A stretch of DNA of 63,872 bases, filler included, from Choristocarpus tenellus KU-1152 (GCA_964200185.2; 12 parts of 12 records of this genome joined end to end with filler, not necessarily neighbours in it); one strand, 5' to 3'; positions 39,234 through 52,801 are shown, numbered from the whole stretch's first letter. The notes: generated by a model from the sequence alone, not told the origin. Translations and numbers: made by a program.

Positions 39234-39383
39234 ACTAATCCGTTCAACCAAGAGAACCACGTGTTCACTTTGATAACTACTAAGTATTACAAAGATGACT
39301 TTGAGTGTTGAGTACTAACCCGTCCAACCAAGAGAACCACTTGTTCGCTTAGATAGCTATTAAGTATTACAACGATAACCTTG
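39234..39383. repeat. Two diverged ~80-bp tandem subrepeats (possible LTR substructure)
   Basis: ACTAA.CCGT.CAACCAAGAGAACCAC.TGTTC...TAAGTATTACAA.GAT.AC.TTG at 39234 and at 39314. Confidence 0.8.
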
Positions 39384-41472
39384 CTTTCGAGTAGATTTCG
39401 ATCCCAGGAGAAGCAGGAGTTATTATTTTATGACACAGGCATATTGCTGTGTACAGAGAGATACTTTAGGATCCACGGTGGTGATGCACAATAACAATGA
39501 TGCAACTTCCTCACATTAAACCACTACGCGTGTTTCCAGAGATGCTTGGCAGCGTTTTCTGGTAGGTTATTACCTTCAAATGTTCCATACATCGACCTGA
39601 TCTTAACAACTACAAGTGGGTCATGATAGACAGTACAACGATAATAGTAGGTGTTTCTTGGATCAATCAAAATAAAAGAAACTGCCTCAGAAGGGAGTTA
39701 ACTATATCCTGACACAGAGGAGTAAAAAACACGGTTTCGTCTTTGGTATTTGGGCACTACTACTATCATTACGACGAGTCCATAAGTTGCTGGTGAATGG
39801 ATGACAAAGTTTCGTACTGGGGTAATGAGATGGGTGCCAGCTCCACTGTTGTATAATAATATACTTGCACATTAGTCAAGTCTACCAAGAAAATGACAAT
39901 TTGCATCACAGTTCATATAATTGTGTTTATAGTGGAATATACATGCATATCCCAGACTGTGGCTTACCCCCTCCCTCACTCCACACACATTGCTTTGAAG
40001 ACAAGTGGATGTCAGTGCAGATATTTGTGAGGTGCTACGCATTCCTCATCATACCTCCTGCCCACTGCACACACACAGACCAAGCTCAAGCATATATTTG
40101 TTTGGGCTCTTGGGTATACCACATACTTAACTATATCCCCTGATGATAGGGTCCCTCAATGGGACAGGCAATAACTGGGAGTGCAGGGCCCTGACTGACA
40201 ATGGCGACAACTGTGTCACTCTCAGGTGGCACATGGACCACCTTAGGAGATACCGATCAAGTGACTCCCATGGGTGAGGCAGAGATGACTGGAAGAGAAA
40301 CATGGAGTTTGATATTATGGAAGGTGTTTTTGGCAGGTGTGGTCTTAGTGATGTGTACAAAAACCTGAGAGTTCACATGGTGGCATTAAGGGATGATTTT
40401 GATGTGCAGGTATTGGAGGACTGGGAATTCGAAGGTAAAGGAGAACAGGAGACTTGAGGGACGTGGAATTGTTGGTTGGCAACCACATTGTTAGGAACAG
40501 CAGTCACGTTAGCAATCAGGGAAGTGATGGAAGAGATTGTATGAGGTACGATTGTGTATGAGAGCATTATGTGACATTTTTGGGAGGGAGTGAATACCCA
40601 TACTGCTCTCTCGTTCAAGTTCGTTTTTGTTCCCACTTTGCTGTCCATGTGAGAGAGGAGTATGCGACAGGTATGGCGGTACTAGTGGATTGTACTTACC
40701 AGTCATGGTGGGGCTGGAGGCTTGGATCGATTTTCAACCGGTATTTGGTATCCCCAGGTGATAATCCACATTTACCGGTTCACAATCCCTTCAGTAGAAC
40801 TGTAATGTGAGTTCAACCTACAAATGCAGCTATATATTTTGTGTGTTTGGTACTGTATAGGGTTGTTGCGACTAGTACACTATTGTTGTTGTTTGAGCAT
40901 TGAAGGGGACATGAGGGATGGGGAGTAGGCTAAGGCATGATTTGGAACCTCTATACCCCAACAGCTGTCTTAGATGACTAGAACCTTCAGTGGTAGATAG
41001 TTGTAATACCTTATATTTGGTACCATAATGTGTTGTGCCCTGTATAGAACACAACTTGAAGGAGGTGCTCTTACCAGGTCCTCATCCTGCCTGCTGTTGA
41101 GTCCCCATACAATACATAGAAAAGATAATTTACTGTAGGTAGTTGTTGTCACCTAGTATATTAATAACAACAACAGCGTGGCCATTATGAGATATGTTCA
41201 AAACTATTACACCCCTTCTCATCAGCCTACTCAATACACACACAAAATATGCATACACTACACCTTCACTGGTATATGTGCACAATCTTTCACCTATTGC
41301 CAGGAGAGCTGTTGTAGCCTGGTAGTCTTGATATGCATAGCATGGACCTCAACAAAACTACCCTCTTGCACTACCCAGTCCCACAAAGTATTTTCCAACT
41401 TGAAGAAAAATTATCATCTATATTTCATATACCATGAACCCAAGGGCCCAGTCCACCTGATGGTGTGTATGT

Positions 41473-41509
41473 GAGTGAAACTATCTTAGAGGGTACGAAT
41501 TTTTCCCTG
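41473..41509 (-). mobile_element. MITE family A copy cut by the contig end
   Basis: GAGTGAAACTATCTTAGAGGGTACGAATTTTTCCCTG followed by the spacer. Confidence 0.85.
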
Positions 41510-41686
41510 NNNNNNNNNNNNNNNNNNNNNNNNNNNNNNNNNNNNNNNNNNNNTTAATTAATTAANNNNNNNNNNNNNNNNNNNNNNNNNNNNNNNNNNN
41601 NNNNNNNNNAGGTACAAAACCAGGTTGCCAAAAAACTAACACCCCCCTAGCTAGCCAAAGCACAAATTTTCATCCTGTGGGTCCCC

Positions 41687-41717
<31 letters not shown>

Positions 41718-41904
41718 CACCCACCCCTTCTTCATTCATTCATTCATTCTTCTCTCCCTCTCCCTCTCTGCTCATCCTGCAAATCTCATGCATCTTGTTG
41801 TTTCCAACACATCCTATCCCTAACCCTAAGAAGGAAAATAAATGCAGCTATCATTGCCTAAGAAAACTGCAAGGAAACTGGTTCCATATATCTGTACGCA
41901 CACA

Positions 41905-44392
41905 TCATGGTTGAACCACGGACTTCGTAACTGTAATGTCTCCAATCGATGCCTGCACACAGGTGCGATTGGGATTGGGGGAGGAAGATTGAAGGGAAGT
42001 AGTTCAGTTCGCAGGAGCGATGTGGTTCTCCCAGTAGTCAATAGGAACAACACACAATCATGTGCAAGGAGGTATATCAAGCGAGACGACACTATCGTGG
42101 GGTCTTCGGAGGCGATTGGTGTCCGCCACCCGTCAACGATTCAAACGTAGTACAATAACAAATAAATTGAGGTAGTGAATCGTAGCGACTGAATCACTAC
42201 ATTAATACAGATAAAATCACAACTAATTTGAAAAAGGAAATAGAGGGGCGATTTTCGATTGGTTAGTACTAGCACGAACACACGCCTCCACTCGAGAACT
42301 CCGTGTACATTTTGATTTCCCAGCACATCAAACACTCTCTAGTCGATTCAACTCATGCTCATACGTGCTTTTGATTCACAACACCAAGAAAGGGCGATCT
42401 TGTACATCTTGATCGATAGTACGGTAACTTTCTGCTGATAACTACAGTTACGCTCTGTTTCCAAGAATGCCCTACATAATACAGAAATACATACAGGCAG
42501 AACTACGCCATGGAGACTTTTACCTTCAAAATTGTAAGGCCTACCAAAGCACTAACCGGGTGGATCTGCAGAGAGTTCCTCTTTTCAAACAAAATGGAAA
42601 GAGGACCCTTACTGCCTCTGTATAAGTGAGATCCTGCTGACACATCCCCTTCTAGGAGGGCCACATAGAGTGGATAAACAACCATACCTCCACACAAACA
42701 GCCACCTTACATCCGTACAATACTTTCCATTGCATACCCACTCCACAAGACCTACAACCCTAAAGTTGAAAACATCCTTAATCATTGTTTTTTTTAAATA
42801 TGAAGAGTAGAACCTCATCCCAGTAGCATGTACTTGGTCAATAGCGCCAGCATCAACAAGCCCTGCAGTCAACAATACCTCAATTCTTGACTCAATGTTC
42901 AACCTACAATGCTTTTTCGAGGCTAACTAGACTGCACCGATCACCACATCCACAGTCAGAAGAGGATGACTCCCTGCTGAGTGAAAGTATCTTAGAGGGT
43001 ACGAGTTTTGCCCTGTCTGTCCATTTGGGGCTTGGCTTCCCACGTTTTTTTTTTAAATGGCATTTTCCTACCTCAAAATGTTTTGGAGTAGGTCAAATGT
43101 GTATGTTATGAAAAGGTGTGTCCAAAGAATAGATACTGACACTTTCTAACAAACATGATAGCCAAAATAACATCAAAATCGCAACATTAGGATTTTGGCC
43201 CCCAAATTGATGCGGCCTTACCCTCTAAGATACTTTGGCTCTGCTGCCTCTTGCTGTAAAGGCCTGCAATGAAATTGAACAGCACACACCAACAACCACA
43301 TGCTGTTTAAAAATGATATGAGATGTTCTTGGCAGGCAAGCAAGTACTACACACAGAACTGCTGCAGTTGCACTGGAAGGCATGTGACTCCACACCTGTG
43401 GTGAAAGTCTAGGTACAAACTGAAATCACGTGCTTGATAGATTATACCGGTAACCCCCCTGGAAAGTGTCACTGCATAGCTTGATCCCCTCGTAAGGGAG
43501 ATACCTAAACCTAATTCCCAGGTAACATTAGGGAGGGCTTTCAGTGAACCTCTCTGAAGTCACTCACACACAAACACACACAAACACACACACACAAACA
43601 CACATACACACATACACACACAAAACAAACAAAACAATGCTTGAGCATCTCTTTGCCCAACTTAATACCTTGAATGGAAGTCCTGCGGGTGATGATTCTC
43701 TTCGGACTCAATGATGTGAAATATCGAAATATACTCACTGTACATGGAAGTATGTAGCAGTGACCAAAAAGAAAAGGGCACCCCAATCACACTCTCTTCT
43801 GCGACATTTTTCTCCTGCACCACTTCTGCATCAAACATCACTTGATGCACCAACAAAACACACAAATCCAAGACTCCTATGCACGTTAGATCAACACAAG
43901 AGTGCTCCAGAGGTATTGGAATAAGTGTCCATCCCCAGATTGAGGCACAGGAAAAAACTTACACAAAGTATCATGCACAGCAATAAAAACATACACACAT
44001 AGATACCCATATTAGTAATAGGTACTATCTGTCACACCGACAACGTAAGGTGCATCTATCCTGCAATATTCCTCCCTTCACCACAACCCAACCCCACCCC
44101 CCCCATTGCTTCAATTCACAGACACATGACAAAGACAAAGATATACCATTGTGCTCCACCACAGCTCTGAGAATGCAAGGCTGCTTTGTTCCATAACCTC
44201 TAGCCCCTTGCACATTCACAACTCACACGCAAGATTGCAACAGCCCCCACCAGATCGTTACCATCAACTTAGTACTCGCCTGTGCTGAGCCTCTCCTCTT
44301 TGCCCTGGGCTGAGACTCATGCGGGGCCCAACCAATCATGTAGACAACCTGGAATGTAGCCTGTACCGTTCCGTCTTCCTCTCCGTACATCT
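41905..44392 (-). CDS. NDUFAF5: NDUFAF5 (complex I assembly factor, methyltransferase fold); last two exons 44280-44392 and 41905-41952
   Basis: [38 protein letters not shown] matches the conserved NDUFAF5 C-terminus (Y...DG.V.AT.Q..YMIGW..H.SQ....RGSA). The proposed final exon [15 protein letters not shown] continues it in phase through a GC-AG intron. Confidence 0.88.
42979..43241 (-). mobile_element. MITE family A copy, TSD TGCT, in the NDUFAF5 intron
   Basis: tgct|GAGTGAAAGTATCTTAGAGGGTA ... TACCCTCTAAGATACTTTGGCTC|tgct. Confidence 0.93.
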
Positions 44393-45586
44393 CTGGTGGC
44401 ACATATAACACCCGCACCCACCCACCCANNNNNNNNNNNNNNNNNNNNNNNNNNNNNNNNNNNNNNNNNNNNTTAATTAATTAANNNNNNNNNNNNNNNN
44501 NNNNNNNNNNNNNNNNNNNNNNNNNNNNATGGATCAGTGGTGTTGATGTTGTGGGTCCTTGTGGAGGTTCTGTGATGCTGAGGGGGGGGGGTTTGTGCAG
44601 GTTCTGTGATTTGGGGGTGTGGGGGCGGGAGTAGTCTGGGTGTTGACATGAACATACAGATAGTTGTTTTTGAGGTTTTGAGTGAAGGGGAGTCATGGGG
44701 AGTGGTGTAGTGGAAGGGAGGGAGGGTGAATGAGTAGATGGGAATGGGGTTAGATTGTTCTTGGTGAGAAGTGTACCGAGTTTTTGGACTTTTTTATCTG
44801 ATTTATCTGATTATCTGGGTGTGGACCGCACATACAGGCTGGTTTTGCTTGTTCTCAACACACTGCGATGGCACATACATATACATACATGCATGTTGAG
44901 CCAGTTTTGTGTCTTGACTGGGTGGTGTGCATGACTGGTGGTGTGAATGACTGGTGGTGTGTTTTAGCTGCAGCTGGTGGACTGTGTTCTTTTTCTGACT
45001 GCTGAATGGTTTGTTGGGCACCACCACCACCCAATCAGAGAGGGAGGTTCTGAGTTTCCTTCCCATACAATCTTCTTCGTGTTTCCTTACAATTTGGATG
45101 CAGCTGGAAGGAGCTTGACTTGCAGGGAAGGTTCTTGCATCCACAACTAGATGCCGATACTATTGCTTGTGTGCTACTACTGGTGTTGTTGATGTGTGAG
45201 GAGGAGGAAAGTATTTGTAGTAAGCTGGCTCAACTATTTGTGGTTCATGGCTGTTGGCATCATTAGCAACAAATGGTTGTTGTTGGCATAGGTGATTGAC
45301 ACTCTAGGGCACTTACTGTGGTAGCCCCTTTTGATGCATAATCCCTTTCTCATGAACAACACACCACGGCTTGAATTGAGCGAAGCCAGGACCTAAGAGC
45401 TGTTCGTTTCACCTACTATATTGCTAGTATATTAAGTGCCTGGGCATGATGGCGGTCTGTGGTGACTCTCGCCTTCTTGAACAGAGGAATTTGCATTCAT
45501 ATCAGAGGCAGTACAAGGACAAGTACTAATATAATCTCTACCTCGTATGAGTTTGAGATTATATTGGATTATTTGAGCTCGCTCTA

Positions 45587-45588
<2 letters not shown>

Positions 45589-45628
<40 letters not shown>
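45589..45628. repeat. (TTA)n microsatellite; other simple repeats at 23328-23352, 33075-33096 and 43585-43622
   Basis: Read directly from the sequence. Confidence 0.9.
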
Positions 45629-45631
<3 letters not shown>

Positions 45632-45850
45632 CAAGAAGAGCTTCACGCAGAATAGTGGGATTGTCCCGTCATAACGTTTGATGTAGATATCGCATTAAAA
45701 AACAAAAGCTTAGTCGTGATGCCCATCACAAGACCTTCCAGAGTACGGGATTCGTATTTTTTTCGCCATTTTTTCTTTTGTTGAAGAAAGAGCACTCATA
45801 CTGGGATTCGAACCCCGGATTGTAGGTCGCCAAGAGTGGCAACAGATGCA

Positions 45851-47207
45851 CTATTGCTTGATTAAAGTATAGGGTTTAGGTGGGAAAAAAGCCTCCCCAT
45901 CCTTCCTTCCTTTACGTTTGCGCACCCACTCTTTGACCTCCGCAAGGATATCCTCGTTGAGGACCAGAACGAAACGCCTCTCACAGTACCCTTGCTCCGG
46001 CACCTTGATGTGAGCCTTAGTTAGGAGGTCTCTCTTCCATTTACTCACAGTTTCCGGTCTGACCATCACATATCCTGCTGCCATCTCAAGCGCGGTTTCA
46101 CGGTCTTTTCCGTTGTTCATACACAGGTACAGAATTCACAGTGTTAAGAGTCTTTACTATCACATTTCCTCGTTGAATGCCGGAAATGGGCATCGTCTGT
46201 GTTTCCTGGACGGGTGATATTTTATCAAGGCGCAAGGGCGAGGGAGGACAGGCTTGAGTTGATCGAAAATTGTGTTGATTTCTTGAATGAATGCAGGCTG
46301 GGAGAAAGCCTTAATCAACTTTATACGTCCAACCCTAAGTCCAAGAACAAACGTGAATGTATGGCATCTTGCAAGAGGCTGGAGACACCAAACCATTGGT
46401 GTGCAAATAGTCTCAACCTCACCTCCTCTTCTTCCCTAGCATCCCCGTTGATGACTACCTCTACCTGCTTTGCGACCTCTTCAAAGTAAGGGATTTGGTG
46501 GTATCGAAAAGTCTCCACAGCTGCCTTGTTACGATCGCTTTCTCCTCCGCCTTGCGAGCCCTTTCAACCTTCTTTCCGGCTTCAGAGCCCTTGTAGACCA
46601 ACCCTAACACCTTTCTCGTTTCCTTAAGCCACTCTGGCTCGCACAGCTTCCAAACAGCCAGGGCCTGCTGCAACTGTCATCAACTGCTAAGATATTCTAC
46701 ACCCGGATTTTTGCTTGGGTGCTTCCTGAGCACAATGGCACGCAGTCGCACTGCTCTCTTCCCCAACCTTCCCTTCGGGCGGCCACTATATTTCCTTTGC
46801 CCGCCGTGACCAGACCTCCACACAGACTTGGTCACTGTACCACCTGGTGATGGACTCGCCCCTCTCTTCCTGTTTTTTCGAGGTGGCAGTTCTTGCAGAG
46901 CAGCTCTCCAAAGTGGTTGAAGACCCAACCACGTTTGTATGGCAATGCTTTCGTTGCATCTTCTCTCAGCATCAGTGTCGCGACCGCGTGATCCATTGTA
47001 CGATTTGATCATGCTGCTGCGCCACACTACTCGCACTCTCTTGGCACCTAACATCGCACTGAGTTTCACATGGTACTTTTTTTTCCGATCCCTCTCGACA
47101 GAGGAGGTGCCGAGGGTAGATCCAGAGGGCAGAGTGGCCTCGGCGGCTTTCCTTATCTCACCGTCGCGGCTCATGTTGCTGTGTAAGGCACGTGTGTGTG
47201 TCCTCAC
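45851..47207 (-). mobile_element. Degraded ORF, probably the N-terminal part of a Tc1/IS630-like transposase
   Basis: About 1.35 kb of intronless, GC-richer, coding-like sequence broken by stops and frameshifts. It ends in an HTH-like segment, ETALEMAAGYVMVRPETVSKWKRD...LNEDILAEVKEWVRK. No catalytic DDE region is present. Confidence 0.45.
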
Positions 47208-47667
47208 AGAAAGTTTACAAAAGGCGTAACAAAGATGTCAGGAAATCTTGAAAAAAATTCAGTACAACCGCACCAGATAAACTTGGTCAGGGACCTACCC
47301 TGGACCAGTTTTCTGGAAGGAGTTCAGCCAACCACTTTATTTTGGCATATTTTGAAGTCGTGACCTTCAAAATTGCTCCAGAGATATTCCCCCGCGTTTT
47401 TTTTCCATTATTTTATTGGGACATAGTTCCCGTTCACCAAAGTTTATACATTCCTGCATACAAACCTTCAAAGGCTCTTGTCATACCCTTTCATTTGATA
47501 TATATATTGTTGTATATCTTTTAATAGGTTACCACAGAGGGCGAAGCTACTGGTACCACTTTAGTAGTTGTAATGGTGAATTGTGTTCTCCAAAAATGAG
47601 GTGTTCATAGCAGTAAGCAGTATCCCTTCAAGATGAAGACATGTGTGTGTGTGTGTCTCTCTCTCCT

Positions 47668-47738
47668 GGCTCAAAGTATCTGGGAGGGGGTGGCGGCTGT
47701 CCATTTGGGGTCAATTTTTTCATGTCACGATTTTTGGG
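47668..47738 (+). mobile_element. Terminal fragment of a family-B transposon (B1 type)
   Basis: GGCTCAAAGTATCTGGGAGGGGGTGGCGGCTGTCCATTTGGGGTC runs into the contig end. Confidence 0.75.
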
Positions 47739-47945
47739 NNNNNNNNNNNNNNNNNNNNNNNNNNNNNNNNNNNNNNNNNNNNTTAATTAATTAANNNNNN
47801 NNNNNNNNNNNNNNNNNNNNNNNNNNNNNNNNNNNNNNAAGAGTGAAGGAAGGGGGATTTAGAGGGCACTCCAAATCACCCTATCTTACTTCAAGCAAAT
47901 GTTATCTTCAACATGCAAGAAACAACAAAGGTACCATGAATATTC

Positions 47946-48065
47946 TGATGTTCAAGATAGGTCACCTTCAGGGTATACCTTCTACATGATGTTCAAGATA
48001 GGTAACCTTCAGGGTATACCTTTTACATGATGTTCAAGATAGGTAACCTTCAGGGTATACCTTCT
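47946..48065. repeat. 41-bp tandem repeat, about 3 copies
   Basis: TGATGTTCAAGATAGGT(C/A)ACCTTCAGGGTATACCTT.TACA at 47946, 47987 and 48028. Confidence 0.92.
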
Positions 48066-49897
48066 GTGGAATGTGGCTCTCACACATACTCTATGTTGTG
48101 CATCGGTTTCTTTCGTTCATTGACTCTGCACAAAGACATACAATTGTTCTCATCCTCTCAACAGATCACCTGCTACATGTATGTATCTACATTTAAGCGT
48201 CCTATCCTGTATTTATTTTGTTACAACATCACTTCGTTGCCTAGTACTTTCTACGTCAATTTGCCTTCGTCTAATAACAGTACCACCACTATTACTATTA
48301 CTACCACCACTAGTTCCAATACTAGTACTAGTACTGCTACTAACTACAAATCTACAATCTGGTTCAATAGATGCTGTACTACAACATCCTTCTTCTACCT
48401 TGCATCGATATACCCTCCTTAAGAGCCTTCAGTCACAAATCGATTACGAACATCTACTGCTACAGAAAAACGCGCTTCTCCGACATATTATTAAGCGACT
48501 ATGGACTAGTTGGCCATATTCTACCCCTAACCCGTACTTCACGACCTTACTCATTAATCACAAGCCCCCTCAGCAACAGGAAAAGGTGAGGTCATCCGTG
48601 TGGCTATTGCCAACTAAGTTTGTAGATGACGGCGCAAAGGCGCAATTGAGTCCAACTTTGATACCACCTATTACAGGGAACAGAGAAAACACTGACTTCG
48701 ATCATTAGGAAGTGGGAGGGTTGGGAGTTGGAGGGAATATCAACCAGGATGTGTACATGGATGACAACAGCAATGGTGACCGTGATGATGATGGTGACGA
48801 AGGTGTGCATCCTGGGGGTAAGAAGGAGATACATGGTCATGAGGTGTTATAAACCTCTCTGCGAGCTTACCAATATGGGATATTCATAGCTCCAATCCAT
48901 AAGCCTGTAGGGTGAACACAAGGCTCGTATGAGACAACTTAATTGAAACATCTTCAAATATGTTGGATCTTGCACTTCAAATATTCACTTGATTGCATTG
49001 ATTGGGGTATACAGAAAGGATTGAACGAGCATGGATGGCAAGTGTATGCCCTTGTAACGTCTAAGTAGCAAAAAAATAGTCAAGAAGTACAATATATTAA
49101 ATCTATTACTTCTACGTCACAATAGTGTCTATGAGACACTGCCACTACGACCCATTGACAGTGACATGCCCCCCCAGCATGAAGCATAACTGCTTCAATG
49201 CGAAGAGCAGGTGATTGGACAAGGAAATAAAATGCCACCCCTTCTCCCATCATGAACGTAGCAGAAATGACATGAATGTCACTTCCAGGTCCAAACATAT
49301 CCGTACGCAGTGTAGGTAGTACGCAGTGTAGGAAACCTGGAGGAAACACCCTCTTCCAACATTTATCCTGTCAGCAGATATGCTAGTGTGACACTCGCAC
49401 CTCACCACACTCATTCTGCATTCAATTCAACGTTCAAGAGAAGACCTCCAACACCAGAGTCTTACCCTCAATATTAAAATAGGGTTCTGCCACAAAATTA
49501 CTCCTCCTTCAAAACTATGAACATAATAAATACAAACACCAAATCAAATGAAGAATGAAATAGGATATTGCCATAGAAAGACTCTACCTCTCTATGAACA
49601 ATGAAGATAAAGAAATGTTGAAAAATGTCTCACGATAATATAGAAATAGGGTACTGTCATTGAAAGACTGTCCCCCTTCTCAACTATAAACGCATACAAG
49701 TACAAATACAAGACTCAAAAAAATATCATAGTCGCATAAAAATAGGGTGCTGTCGTAGAATGATTCTCCCCTCGTTGTAGCTAAATCAACTATATTTTGT
49801 GGCCAACCCATCCATAAGTGGCAATCTCCCCCCCCCTATCGCCATCTCAAATATGCTCTTGTTCACTGCTCCCAAAGACTGGAAATATCTGACTTGT

Positions 49898-50156
49898 GAA
49901 TCAAGGTATCGTAGAGGGTAGGGCCGCGGCCGTTTGGGGGCCAAATCCAATGTTACGATTTTGGTGTAGTTTTGGCTATTGTTTTTGTTAGGAAGTGTCA
50001 ATATCCTTGTTCCAGACAAATCTTGTCATAAAGTATACATTTTACGTACTCCGAAATGTTTCAGAGTAGGTAAAAAACCATAAAAAAAAACGTGGGAAGC
50101 CAGGCCCCAAACGAACAAACAGGGCAAACCTCGTACCCTCTAAGATACTTTCACTC
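49898..50156 (+). mobile_element. MITE family A copy, TSD TTGT
   Basis: ttgt|GAATCAAGGTATCGTAGAGGGTA ... TACCCTCTAAGATACTTTCACTC|ttgt. Confidence 0.93.
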
Positions 50157-51177
50157 TTGTCCTGCCCTCTTTTGTCTCTTTCTAAAGTACTCAACCCGGG
50201 TATCCAGTGTCTATCCCTTCTACTTGTGTGACACTTTCTTGACGGAGGTACCTGTGGGTCACAGACAAAGCACATCTTGTGTTCCCTTAGCTACCTGCGC
50301 CTGAGTTGTGACTGGTCAAGGGTCGGGGGGTCTGCACCAGGGTGACCATTTGGGCCCTGACCAGGTGTTGGGAAAATGATCTATTTGAGTGTCTGCAGTC
50401 GTGGAGGGTTGATCCTTTTTCGATGAAGTGTGGCATATTCTACTCTTAGGATGTGTGTGATGATGCCAAGAAAGTCACCCTTACGAAGAATTTAGGAGTC
50501 AACGGTTGTTACTGTTTTGATGAGGTGTGGAATAGGGGTTACCTGTTGCACATTATTTGCCTTGAGTTTTGGACCGTGGTATTAAGTACCGGAGGGTATT
50601 CCATCTGTGTCAGTTTGGCTATCTACCTGTCAATGACCTTAATGCCTGGGCAATGTAAGGGTGTGAAGGAGAAGACTCCTGTGTTGCATACACTGGGACA
50701 TGATTGTGGATGAATTGGTTGCAGCTAGATTGCCGTTGTTATTGGGGAATGGTTTATGTCGCTTAGGGTTAGCACCCTGTCGCATACACATCTTGGAGTA
50801 TGTTATGTGGGAGAGACGCATGCGTGATCGGTGTCTAGTGTGTCTGTATGTTGACTAGCTTTGCACAGAAAAGGCTCATCGCCAGAACCTGCTGGTGGAT
50901 TACATGGTGAATATACACTGGTTTATTACTTATCCGCCAACCTTCTGCCTTAGCCATCCATTATCACTGATGTATGACCAAAGACTGACTCGCCTTACCG
51001 TTACGTACGTTACTACTTTGTATTGTACCGAGCTAAAGATAAACGTACACGAAACGGTGTTATGTTTGTATCAAAACACACAACATAAGTATAACACTAG
51101 TTATTGGACGTCCTCCCCTTGCCGAAAAAAAGCGTTAACTCCTCACCAATAAAAAAAAGGACACACATGTTATCTCA

Positions 51178-51700
51178 CTACGTGTTCATCAAAAACTCCA
51201 CATGTTGTCCAAAAGTTCTTACCGGGAAATGTTTGGTCAACACATCTGCCCTCTGGTTTGCAGTACCAACAAAACAAAACAACTCTCTCTTTTTCTAGCT
51301 AGGTCCCTCAACAAAATGGTGCTGGACATTATTGTGTTTTTTTCTAGTAAAGCTCATGGCATTTCGTACTAGTTTGCATGCACCATCGTTGTCCTCAAAC
51401 ACGTCAATGCAATGTCTATGGAACTGTGGCTGAACAAACTCCAAATCACTTCGCAAGAAAAAAATTCCTGTGCCACACTGCTAAGGGCCATATACTCACT
51501 CTCCGTTGTGGACAGAGCTACAATCTTTTGGAGCTTTGACATCCAAGTTATTGCTCCTCCGGCAAACATTATGGCTCCTCCTGTCACTGATCTACAATCA
51601 TTAAAATCTCCAGCATAACTGACATCAGCATATGCACTCAACTCACACTCCGTATCAAAGCCACCAAAACTCAATTCATCACTTGGACACGTATTCAAAC
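51178..51700 (-). mobile_element. Ty1/copia retrotransposon RNase H remnant (frameshifted)
   Basis: AYADVSYAGDFNDCRSVTG...ITWMSKLQKIVALSTTESEYMAL, then in another frame VFEDNDGACKL...QRADVLTK. These are canonical copia RNase H motifs. Confidence 0.93.
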
Positions 51701-51719
51701 ATGCAAAAAATACACTTAA

Positions 51720-51889
51720 GGCTCAAAGTATCTAGGAGGGGGTGGCGGCTGTCCATTTGGAGTCNNNNNNNNNNNNNNNNNNNNNNNNNNNNNNNNNNNN
51801 NNNNNNNNTTAATTAATTAANNNNNNNNNNNNNNNNNNNNNNNNNNNNNNNNNNNNNNNNNNNNCCCCCCCTCCCAGATACTTTGGGTC
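51720..51889. mobile_element. Family-B termini on either side of a spacer (51720-51764, abutting the copia remnant; 51865-51889)
   Basis: GGCTCAAAGTATCTAGGAGGGGGTGGCGGCTGTCCATTTGG and CCCAGATACTTTGGGTC. Confidence 0.72.
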
Positions 51890-52029
51890 TGTTACGTTTT
51901 TATAGTAGGTATACAGGGGTGGATTCTTGGGAGATCAAGTTGGTATTGTGGTTTGATGATTTAATCGAGTTAGGGTATATTGCATTGCTGAGGTTGTTGC
52001 GTTGTTGATGTATGACCGTTAAAGTTATC

Positions 52030-52632
52030 CTATAGTCCAGGAGAGGAGCACAACATGGTCACCCCCTGAGCCCCCTCCTATCCTGTATCTCCATCTCCAA
52101 GTGTCTGAAGAACCTCCGCACAACGTTTGGTCCAAGGAGATCTCATCATGCAGTTTTCCGGATGACTCACTTTTCACTACCCGAGGGATCGACGTTACAG
52201 TCATAGGAATATTCCAATAGCACAAGGCGGATCCGTAGGGGGGGGACATTCTCCTCAATATGGAAACACTTTGCTCTGACCAGGACCTCCTGCTCTGATA
52301 ATAAAGGCTTATGGTGCACATGATCATATCTGCAGGAGTCCCTGCTGAGGATCTTGCCTGGATCATTGGTCAAGGCTGGGCAGACTAGGGGCGGCGCAAT
52401 CCCTTTCCTCCGCAAGCCCCAGAAGTTCACACACGCGCAGTGAAAGATGCAGGACTTGGCAACGCACGATGCGGGAGGACACCAAGAAGGACGGAACATG
52501 AGATCGCCCGTCACCTGAACAGGGTCCGCTTCGATGTCTTTCACACACAGCTGACCAATCTCCCTGGGGATCCGAGTTCTGGAAGGGAACTCTTATCCTA
52601 CTGTACGGGCTTAGCACGACACAGGAGGCAGT
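52030..52632 (+). mobile_element. Probable non-LTR retrotransposon (LINE) RT-downstream remnant
   Basis: GC-rich, stop-interrupted frame containing GIDVTVIGI and VHTRAVKDAGLG, resembling the LH......GLG motif found after non-LTR RT domains. Confidence 0.35.
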
Positions 52633-52801
52633 GAGCTTGATGAGGTTAGTGAACTTGTTGACCAACCAAATGCTTCGAATAATATTCATATTGTAACCGT
52701 TGTGTTCGTATTGATATACATGATTTACATACACATGGATCGATTCACTACCGCACCTAATCCATGTGATAGGAAGAAGCTTGTGTCCCATGTCTTATCA
52801 G

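Noticed and set aside
45790-45875. tRNA gene
   Set aside because: Only a T-arm/B-box-like motif is present; no convincing D-arm, anticodon arm or acceptor stem.
50340-50830. Possible additional LINE remnants here and at about 61950-62500
   Set aside because: Composition is suggestive but no diagnostic RT or endonuclease motif can be read.
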